Of a stretch of DNA of 25,183 bases, positions 16,279-24,499 are shown piece by piece (within the stretch, counting starts at the first letter, position 1; each line of letters opens with the position of its first letter). The stretch is from Promethearchaeota archaeon (GTDB lineage Archaea > Asgardarchaeota > Lokiarchaeia > Sigyniarchaeales > SOKP01). The notes beneath the pieces were generated by a model. The model was given only the letters and a program-made list of their open reading frames with translations, did not search any database and was not told where the DNA came from. Position numbers and translations under genes: made by a program. The DNA lies in contig JAHLWP010000047.1 of NCBI GenBank assembly GCA_019057865.1, forward strand, positions 1 to 25,183. Reading direction: 5' to 3'.

Positions 16279-18507
16279 TTAACTTATATCCTCTAAGAAG
16301 GTATCTATAAGTACATAAATTGTTCTCTTAGCACTTGTATTAGGTGAAAGTTCTAATATCTTTTTTAATTTTTTAACATGATCCTTTTCTAGTTCAAGTT
16401 TAACTGATACTGTCACTTTTTGTTCACGGATTCGTTTTAAATTCTGTTTCGAAGTTTTGACTGATTTCTGTAACTTAGTTGAAATATCTTCTTTAACTTT
16501 GGTTTTTCTTTTATATGGTTGTTTAGCTTTTTTATAATCTTTTTTTGGGAGTTTTTCTTTAGATGAAATTCGTGTTAAGTCTATGGTTGATTTTATCTTA
16601 TTATCATTCTCTTCTTGTATTTTATCTTTTTCTTCTTTAGTCTTCGAAAGTGTAATTTCATTCTTCAATTTAGTTTTTATTACTTTTTCCTCTTCTCTAA
16701 TTATTTCTTTCTCTTCCTTTTCTACTGCTTTCTCTATCACTTCTGTTTCTATCTCTCTCTCCTCTTCTTCTTCCTCCTCCTCATCTTCGACTATTGGTAA
16801 AAAACCAGTTTCGAGAAAATGTTCAATCATCGTTCTTATATATCCTGGGTCTTCTTTTGACTTACCTAGTAATGTACTAAATGATTTGGTTGCATCATTA
16901 AATTCTATATTACGAGAATTTAGTTTTTCTAATCCCAATATATCTCCTTTATATTTTTCTGAATCATGGATATGATCATTTTCTAATCCAAAAAATGGTG
17001 CTAATACATTTTTCAATTCTTCTTTATCATCTTCAGTTAATTCTTTCTTTTTTTCTGTCAAACTCTTCCAATCTATATCTGGATATAATTCATTTCTATT
17101 CTGTGCTTTTTTCATTTCTTTAAATAGATATTCAAATTTCTCATCTTCAGATTTTTCAATGAAATCATATGAAAAAATTTCAAAAATAAATCTATTACCA
17201 CCATATAGCTGATCTAATGGATATATAAATCGTTTCGCCAATAATGATATAAGTTTCAAAATTTCTTTTTTTAAAATACTCTCAGAGTTAAAACCTTTTT
17301 TTGTAGGTATTTTCCATGGAATATATTTATTCCACTCCTTTTTTTTTGATTTGAAAAATAACAAAATTGACAAATGATTAAACAGGTGTCTTTGAGATAA
17401 TCTTATGCCTGTTGAACTGACATTATATCCAACCGATGTGTCTTTTCGATTTTTTTCAAATAATCTACCATTTCCCCACATACAAACTCCTTTATATTTC
17501 GCCAAATTATGATCTTTATCAAACGGATTAATCCCACAATAAGCATCAACAAAAATTGAACCTTTTATTCCATGTTCATCACTAAAGCCAATTTCATAAT
17601 CTTGAACAACTATTGGTAAACAATATGGATAATGAGAAAAAGCTCTATTAATTTCAAAGAAATCAAATTCTACTACTACAGTTCTTGAAAAATAGGGATT
17701 TATTGTAATTGATACATTATATCCCATATCATATATTTCTGAAGCTTTTTTCCAATATGTATCCTCAATTTCAGCCTTTAACTCTTCATATAATGCGAGT
17801 TCATTTGTTGTATATTTATAAACATTATTAATCTCAAAAACAGTCCATCCTTTGTCCAAATTTTTTATACCATCAAATTGCTCACATGTTTTCTTTTTTA
17901 ATACCCATTTTTCACTATTAAAAAAATTTTGGTCTATTGGAATTGAAAATGGTTTCCCATTTTCGTGAAAAGAATACACAGTCACATCACTGCCTAGGCT
18001 ATAACAAGAATATAAAAAAGCTTCTCCCCAAGTACCAATTGTATTTTTATTATCATTTTTACCAGATTCTCCAGGTTTAACAAGCGGAAGAATGTCGTCA
18101 GGATGAATTCCACCAGAATTTTCTCTAATTAACAGTATATTTTGATGATTACTCTCATAAAAAATAAGTTCAATTTTTAACGATTGATCTAACTTACCCA
18201 TTCTCAAATTTTTAATATAATTATCAAATATATTGTCTAAAAACTCAATTATTGCCATTTCTGGAGAAATTAGTAGGCTTCTATGCTTTATAATTTCTAA
18301 GGAAGGAGGATTTTCTATAGTTTTTTCATCTACTGAATGTTCATCCTTAAACCGAGGCTTTAAATTTAAAATTTTTTTTTCTCTTTCAAAAAATGCAATT
18401 GTTTTATCAAGATATGAATTATGCAGAGATTCTAAGGAATGTTCTTTAATTAGGGATTCCTTTTGCTTTGTTGTTAATTCATCCCATGGAATTGTGATTT
18501 TGCTCAT
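16279..18507 (-). CDS. MORC-type GHKL (HATPase_c_3-like) ATPase with S5-like domain and charged C-terminal tail
   Basis: AIIEFLDNIFD (ExxxN box), IRENSGGI (G1), IGTWGEA (G2), GWTVFEI; MORC S5 motifs GVCMWGNGRL and IPWKIPTKKGF; poly-Glu tract then Lys-rich region. Confidence 0.8.
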   Translation of the reverse strand: MSKITIPWDELTTKQKESLIKEHSLESLHNSYLDKTIAFFEREKKILNLKPRFKDEHSVDEKTIENPPSLEIIKHRSLLISPEMAIIEFLDNIFDNYIKNLRMGKLDQSLKIELIFYESNHQNILLIRENSGGIHPDDILPLVKPGESGKNDNKNTIGTWGEAFLYSCYSLGSDVTVYSFHENGKPFSIPIDQNFFNSEKWVLKKKTCEQFDGIKNLDKGWTVFEINNVYKYTTNELALYEELKAEIEDTYWKKASEIYDMGYNVSITINPYFSRTVVVEFDFFEINRAFSHYPYCLPIVVQDYEIGFSDEHGIKGSIFVDAYCGINPFDKDHNLAKYKGVCMWGNGRLFEKNRKDTSVGYNVSSTGIRLSQRHLFNHLSILLFFKSKKKEWNKYIPWKIPTKKGFNSESILKKEILKLISLLAKRFIYPLDQLYGGNRFIFEIFSYDFIEKSEDEKFEYLFKEMKKAQNRNELYPDIDWKSLTEKKKELTEDDKEELKNVLAPFFGLENDHIHDSEKYKGDILGLEKLNSRNIEFNDATKSFSTLLGKSKEDPGYIRTMIEHFLETGFLPIVEDEEEEEEEEREIETEVIEKAVEKEEKEIIREEEKVIKTKLKNEITLSKTKEEKDKIQEENDNKIKSTIDLTRISSKEKLPKKDYKKAKQPYKRKTKVKEDISTKLQKSVKTSKQNLKRIREQKVTVSVKLELEKDHVKKLKKILELSPNTSAKRTIYVLIDTFLEDIS

Positions 18508-18548
18508 AATGAATCAATTTTTAATTTGAAATACTTTTTTTTATATAT

Positions 18549-20081
18549 TAGTATTCAAGTATTTATTTTTTTTTCTATTATTTTCCGTGTTCGGAGAGCC
18601 GACATTATTTTAAATTTAACCAATCACCCCCCGTGATTTTTTCTCCCTTGTTAGAAATAGCTGCTTCAAGTAATCCTGATTTTGAACTAAACTCCATTTT
18701 CTCCTTTTTCTCTCCCGCGTTCCGGCATTTTTGATCAATTTTTTGTTCATTTTCCACGAATTATAAAGCAGCAGTCTTGCCAGCATGTCAAGATATCGCA
18801 CGTTATCGTGATTCGATTTCCATCGACGATTGATCCGATTTAAGTCGCTGAATCCCGTTTCGATCAACCATCGTCGTCGATAAAATAATGAAGTGCGGGA
18901 CGCCCAAGAACTTGTCTTTCCTTTAGGTTTCTCAGTAGTCATGATGGCAAACACCCGCTTCCGGGCATCGTCTAAAGATATTTTCCCCGTTCGATAGTCT
19001 CGTTTCACGCCCTGAAGAGTGAATCTGCGTTTTGCTTTTATTATCAGGTAAACATGTTGGAAAAATCGGTGTTTTGCTTCGTTGGCACTAGAAAACGTGT
19101 ATCTCCGCACCCGATTTCCTTCTCCCTTTATGTAGGCTTCGATCATTCCCCGAACTTTCTTATATTCTTTGGTTGGAATTAAAACATTACCATTCTTGGC
19201 CTTTATCTCATGTAGGAGCACCGCCCTATAAAACTCTCGATCCATCAGGACATATTTCAACTCAAATCCGAGATCAAGAAGGTGGTCAAGAAATTCAAGG
19301 ATTATGGGGATTTTGGACTGTCCCTTGGCCACGTGCTCCAATCCCGCAAAAAGATGGATTTCCTTCGACAAAATCGAAAAACCGAGGTAATGACGCATTT
19401 TCTTCGTTCCTTTCTGCCGATTAGTACCCTTTATCATTTTATCCTCACGCTGACCGTAATATGGATGCTCAGTGAAGTCAATGATTACGTTAACTTTTTT
19501 CGAGATAAGTTTAAGTCGTAAAGCTTCCGTTAATTGGGAATCCAAGCAGGTTCGCAAAATATCGCGTGCTTTATTAAGTCCAATCCTACGGAGATACTTG
19601 TTTACTTCGGTTTGATGCGGAATAATGCGCCTTCTCCTCCCGTCAGCAAATGATTTACGTCTTCCTTTTCTACTCCTTAATAGATACTCGTTGAGCATTT
19701 CACTGGTGTCATGAATCGACCTTCCGATGATTTCGGAATAGAAAAATACTTTAAGGAAGTCTTGATCCTCATATCTTGCGTTTTTAGCTCTCTTGAACTT
19801 CCACGTGCGAGAAACAATTGTATCACAAAACTTTTTAAAAAATGTGAACATATAATGGTTGGAAAGAAGTGATTTGGTTCCCAAATCCATAAAGGGTTTT
19901 AGAACTATATTTTGTACTTTCATACATAAATATAATCACTTCTTTCTAATAAATTTAGCGGTAAATAATTTAATATTTATAAATTATAAAATTAATAATT
20001 CAAAATGTTAATTAAGATATAAAATTAAATAGAATAAGTCTCAGTTCATTAGGATTCAGACTTCAAAATCCTTTGATACTG
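18549..20081 (-). mobile_element. ISH3-family (IS4-related) insertion sequence, about 1.53 kb
   Basis: Intact DDE transposase with visibly higher GC than the flanks. Imperfect terminal IRs TAGTATTCAAGTATTT (18549-18564) vs CAGTATCAAAGGATTT (reverse complement of 20066-20081), 12/16 identical. TTATATA on both flanks (18541-18547, 20082-20088). Ends uncertain by about 1 nt. Confidence 0.7.
18616..19923 (-). CDS. ISH3-family DDE transposase
   Basis: IIDFTEHPYYG (D1), LMDREFY (D2), YRRRWLIETGF (YxxRWxIE); 435 aa with no interruptions. Confidence 0.92.
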   Translation of the reverse strand: MKVQNIVLKPFMDLGTKSLLSNHYMFTFFKKFCDTIVSRTWKFKRAKNARYEDQDFLKVFFYSEIIGRSIHDTSEMLNEYLLRSRKGRRKSFADGRRRRIIPHQTEVNKYLRRIGLNKARDILRTCLDSQLTEALRLKLISKKVNVIIDFTEHPYYGQREDKMIKGTNRQKGTKKMRHYLGFSILSKEIHLFAGLEHVAKGQSKIPIILEFLDHLLDLGFELKYVLMDREFYRAVLLHEIKAKNGNVLIPTKEYKKVRGMIEAYIKGEGNRVRRYTFSSANEAKHRFFQHVYLIIKAKRRFTLQGVKRDYRTGKISLDDARKRVFAIMTTEKPKGKTSSWASRTSLFYRRRWLIETGFSDLNRINRRWKSNHDNVRYLDMLARLLLYNSWKMNKKLIKNAGTRERKRRKWSLVQNQDYLKQLFLTREKKSRGVIG

Positions 20082-20540
20082 TTATATAAATGTCAATAAA
20101 ATAATATATTTATACTATTTAAAAGAAGGGAGTATTTGATTTCTGAATTTATTTTTGAAAAATATAATAAAATGGAAATCCTGAATCCTTTATCATAAAG
20201 ATATGAATTTAATAATGCATTAATATCACAATGGAATCTGAATTTGATCTCTCTTAATTTCATAGTTAAAAATATTTGAATAACGTTTAAAAAACAAGCT
20301 ATTAATTGACTTCCAGAGCATAAGAGATGGTTAACAACTACACTTGGTAGCTCAAAAAATGCAGATTTTATTTTGAATCTACCCAATAGATATGCGCTAT
20401 TTAAAAATTCTTCCTTATACAGAGGAGATACACACTTATTAAAACTGGTAATTTTACATGTTCTAATGAAGATCCGAAAGAAAAAAATGAGAAAAGATGT
20501 AAAACTTATCTATGTCTAATATTCCTAATGGATTCAAGAA

Positions 20541-20858
20541 TCAAATTGTGCTATTTTCTAACTTCTCTTCGGGTACTCTTACTTGCTCTCCTGTGTCTGT
20601 TTCGAGATATTCTGTAGTTTCGTCCTCATCCAAGTAAAAAGTAAAGTGCGCCCTAATCGCAACGTCCATATCATCGGTATAAAATTCTGCATAATCGCCC
20701 CCAATATCGCTATCAGGGTTTAGCTTAATTCCCATTTCCTTCCACTCCATATACATCCTTGCTAAGCCTTCAAAAGTTTTAATAAAATCGTCAATGGAAC
20801 TCGCGTGCGAAGTAATCCACTTGTTCCGCCAGACCGAGACATATCTAATTTTTCCCAT
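20541..20858 (-). CDS. Acidic hypothetical protein (WRNKW…SIDD…DYA motif)
   Basis: 105 aa; GAGGT RBS upstream of the ATG; protein-like composition. Confidence 0.75.
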   Translation of the reverse strand: MGKIRYVSVWRNKWITSHASSIDDFIKTFEGLARMYMEWKEMGIKLNPDSDIGGDYAEFYTDDMDVAIRAHFTFYLDEDETTEYLETDTGEQVRVPEEKLENSTI

Positions 20859-21120
20859 ATACTTAACCTCAAATCTATTATTTTAATAGAAATAAATACT
20901 AATGGTTCTATAAAAAGAAAATGTCAATTTATCTCATTTTTTTCTCTTTTTCTTTAAATATAATAAGAAGAAGATAATAATGATTCTAATTACAAATCTA
21001 AATTTGAAATTGTATGACTGAAAGTAGAAAGATCTTAGACTATGGAGTAATGAAATTGTGAATGAACAATTAGAAAAAAGATTCAAAATAATGTTTTAGT
21101 TCGAATTTTAATAGTACTAT

Positions 21121-21459
21121 AGATACAAATCTTCAAAAACTTTAGCCCAATTATTAAAAGATGATAAAAACCAATTAATTTCAAATTAAAGGAAAAACCA
21201 GAATGGAAAATGTTCCAAATGTCAAACCCAATTATATGAAATTGAAGAAGATATCCAAATACGCAAATGGAAACGGGACTGTTATAGATGTGATAAAAGT
21301 ACCGAAATTGTTACTTATATTCTGGATCAGAATTAGTTTGGATGCGTAATTGGCTCTCATGCGGAAATCGATGAAATTCCTAAAATCATATATCCTTTAT
21401 TTCTTCCAAAGCTCAATTCCAAGTCCAAATACGAGATATTTTTGCTCATACCTTTTTAG
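21121..21459 (+). pseudogene. Degraded zinc-finger protein gene
   Basis: One frame reads …QLISN*RKNQNGKCSKCQ…WKRDCYRCDKSTEIVTY…N*FGCVIGSHAEIDE…IYP. Two CxxC pairs, stops at 21187-21189 and 21334-21336, no start. Confidence 0.5.
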
Positions 21460-21594
21460 AGGATTTTAGGTTATAAGAGGAGATAGGGTGGTAGTTTTTT
21501 AAGAGGTTCAAAAAGATTTAAAAGAATCATTAAAGGAGTAATACTAGTAGAGTATCCAAAAGGATATTATAAAATTAAAAAAAAAAAGGCAAAT

Positions 21595-21975
21595 TTATTT
21601 GAAAAGGTTTTTTTTAGGGACCAAATTAAATTTACCGTCAATAATTTTAAAGGGAATTAATATCTTGTTCAACCAGTCTTCCAAAGGCGTTCCAACAAAT
21701 TGTTTATATTTATCATTAGTTATTATAAAACATTTAAGTCTATAGGACAAATCAACAATTTCTGGGTCCGCGTAATTAAATTCAATAAAGTAATCAGTAG
21801 CGATATATTTACTATCATACCAATAAGGATTATCAATACGATATTTTAAAGATTTATCAGCAATCCCGATCACATAATATCCTAATCCTACAAAAGTATA
21901 AAAAGTGACGTTAATATTTTCAACTTTCGGAGGGATATCTAAATTTCTATTGAACGCCACACTACATACATCCAT
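21595..21975 (-). CDS. Hypothetical protein, possibly 5'-truncated
   Basis: 126-aa ORF whose frame stays open upstream to 22080 with no ATG; followed by a T-rich run on the coding strand (A-run at 21578-21587). Confidence 0.5.
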   Translation of the reverse strand: MDVCSVAFNRNLDIPPKVENINVTFYTFVGLGYYVIGIADKSLKYRIDNPYWYDSKYIATDYFIEFNYADPEIVDLSYRLKCFIITNDKYKQFVGTPLEDWLNKILIPFKIIDGKFNLVPKKNLFK

Positions 21976-23160
21976 TATAATATTAGGTTTATAATATGAA
22001 TATTTTATAATTTGCTTTTCACCTATTTTCTGTGTTGTAGGTTGAACTCCGCAGCAAATAGGTAAAAAATTGCTCTCTGCTTAATCTTTTGTCCTTAATC
22101 TAGCTCTATAAATTTCATATAATCTTATACCTACAATTAAAAAACTAACCCAATCCTAATCCTACAATCCCTACAACATGAAAAAGCGAAACATTCAAAA
22201 AAACAGCATACATATCTTTTCCTAAAAAATAAGCCTTATCCTTATCTGTACGCTTTCTATACTATATACAAAATATTCTTATCCTTTTCTAATCATCCAA
22301 ACTGCTATACTCTTTACTCTACTAAACTCACACTTAGCACTATTCACTGCAAAATCCGATGATAGATCGCATAATCTTAGCGACCCATGATCATTTTGGG
22401 TGCTTAAATATATAAATTTTTTGATGTATGGAGGAATATTCTCTTATATTTTTTCTGTAATTTATAAAGTTCCAAGTTAACAATTTTTATATCTTTAAAT
22501 AAAAGGGTATATAATTAAGCTTTTAAAATATCAATATTTCGAAATTTTTTCATAATTTGAACTCAATTTCAACCTCATTAAAATCGATTTGTGTTAAATA
22601 CCACTTTTTTGTCTGTATTAAATAGAAATTATTCTTCTTTAAAGGTAAACTCTGTTAGAAAAAAATAATTATCCATAAAATATAAATAGGGAAAATACTG
22701 AAATTCGTCGGATTCTTGAGACTTAAATCTTTACAATTTAATTTTAATCAAGTGAGTAAACCTGAATCTTATTATGATTGGTAAACCTTGAATTTTAAAA
22801 TTAGTTAATTCATAGATTCATTTTTTTTAAATTTTTAACAAACAAAGATTTAAAAATTATTAATAATTGAATTTGTCATTTTATTTAACACAATCCTTTG
22901 AATGATATTGGATTTATATATAATAAATAAGAAGGCTCTTTTCTTTTTACAATTGCAGAATAATTAGTGATAATACTTCATTATAGTTAAATATGGCCAG
23001 AACCATTACAATTTGGGCAAAGAGCAGCCCATTTTTATAGTAAAAATGTTCAAGATCTAGAACCAGAAAATCCCAATTTTCAGCAACAAAATATAGTCTG
23101 ATAACTGTACAACCAAGTTAGAAAAGAAAGATAAGGATTTTGATGAATTGAAAGCATATA

Positions 23161-23226
23161 TTAATAAATTAGTTGATTAAATTCTCTTATAATTATTTCA
23201 ATATATGTTTTGCCTTCAATAACCAT
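23161..23226 (-). pseudogene. Probable 5' stub of a deleted gene (21 aa)
   Basis: Strong GAGGTGA RBS just before the ATG, but the frame ends after MVIEGKTYIEIIIREFNQLIY. Confidence 0.3.
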
Positions 23227-23268
23227 TTTATTCACCTCAGGTTATTTCACTTTATTAGAAATTTAACT

Positions 23269-23403
23269 TTATTTCTTTTTTTTCCATTCTTGGAATCCTT
23301 TAGTTAATTTACCGCAGTGAATTGCGTTTTTTCCAGTTTCTTCATTATATTGCTTTTTTAAGGATTCAAGTTTAGGATTTCCTTCTGCTTTTTTTTTTGC
23401 CAT
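23269..23403 (-). CDS. 44-aa basic microprotein (not in ORF track)
   Basis: AGGTGA RBS 7 nt before the ATG; MAKKKAEGNPKLESLKKQYNEETGKNAIHCGKLTKGFQEWKKKK. Confidence 0.75.
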   Translation of the reverse strand: MAKKKAEGNPKLESLKKQYNEETGKNAIHCGKLTKGFQEWKKKK

Positions 23404-23691
23404 TTTCTAATCACCTATTATTCTTTAATTATTTTAAATTTTTTTTTTTTCTAATATTAACATTTATTAGTAAGATAGATTTCAATTTGTAATCTATGAT
23501 TCAATTTGTTATTTTTAATAAAAAATTTCATAATTTTTGTATTATTTCAAATTGCTAATGCTAATTTTGAAGATTATAATGATATCATTTTATATTTGAT
23601 TATATTTGATAGTTTGACTGAAAAAATATATGTAGAAAATGTTAACTTCAAAAATCCGTTAAATATTAATGTTTATTATTAAAATAAATTT

Positions 23692-24309
23692 TCATTTTTC
23701 TAAAGTATTTTTAACATAATCCACAAGTTTAGACCATTCACCTTTTATTATTATATCAGGATCTCTACTATCTCGTAGACAAAAAACCTTATATGGGTTT
23801 AAACAGTTTATTGTCTCAGTTAAATAATTAATCGAAGTTTTTCTTTTTGGTGTCATCACCTCTTCAAATGTAAAATAAAGGAAATTGATATGGGGAAAAG
23901 AATTATTAACCTCCTCAAAATTACTCTTAATTCTCTGTATTGCTTTCTTTAATTCTTTTCGACCACCATAAACACCATGAACCTTAATTTCAATCCCGAA
24001 TTTCACATCTTTAGGATCATATACATTAGTATATTTTTCTGTAGTTTTTGCCTCCTTACTTACAATTAGCAGGTCAAACTCTATTGAGAACCCCTCGATA
24101 TATGCATAAGGTTCAGGAATTTTATAATCGGAATTCAGAGACGATTCCAAATAGTGTCTAAAAATTCTTACACCTACGTCTCCTTTATATTTATTCCATT
24201 TTAATTTATTTTGGGGCTCTTTTTCTTTATGAAATTCTATTTCTTTACTAAAATCATTAAATATTTTAATAATTTCTTTTTGTACCTCCTCCAAATCATT
24301 CACACCCAT
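23692..24309 (-). CDS. Restriction-endonuclease-like PD-(D/E)XK protein
   Basis: KGDVGVRIFRHYLE helix, EFDLLIV, YDPKDVKFGIEIK catalytic pattern. Confidence 0.7.
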   Translation of the reverse strand: MGVNDLEEVQKEIIKIFNDFSKEIEFHKEKEPQNKLKWNKYKGDVGVRIFRHYLESSLNSDYKIPEPYAYIEGFSIEFDLLIVSKEAKTTEKYTNVYDPKDVKFGIEIKVHGVYGGRKELKKAIQRIKSNFEEVNNSFPHINFLYFTFEEVMTPKRKTSINYLTETINCLNPYKVFCLRDSRDPDIIIKGEWSKLVDYVKNTLEK

Positions 24310-24393
24310 AGTACTTGCATAAATATTTCATTGTGGTAATATTTAAATTTTTCTGACTCGGTAATTGATTCTTAGTTTCATGTAATTCAACTA

Positions 24394-24416
24394 TACCATC
24401 AAATAAAACGATGGTA
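24394..24416. promoter_or_regulatory. Inverted repeat upstream of metK
   Basis: TACCATC-N9-GATGGTA, followed by a long T tract at about 24436-24450. Confidence 0.35.
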
Positions 24417-24499
24417 AGTAATTAATCAAACTCTCTTTTTTTTATTTTTTGGGTTCATTTATGTGGATTTATTAGTTCATATTACTTATATTATTCATT

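Noticed and set aside
16583-16975. Ser/Phe-rich plus-strand ORFs (also 798..986, 1330..1536, 3523..3711, 8628..8822, 9852..10115, 10450..10744, 12598..12995, 13599..13910, 18233..18529, 19173..19521)
   Set aside because: Antisense or alternate-frame shadows of better-supported genes.
20093-20386. 97-aa minus-strand ORF
   Set aside because: Non-ATG start, no RBS, no motif, and composition typical of non-coding or antisense AT-rich sequence.
21870-22200. Diversity-generating retroelement TR/VR pair
   Set aside because: Shared sequence is only about 15 nt, there is no adenine-specific mismatch pattern, and no reverse transcriptase in the window.
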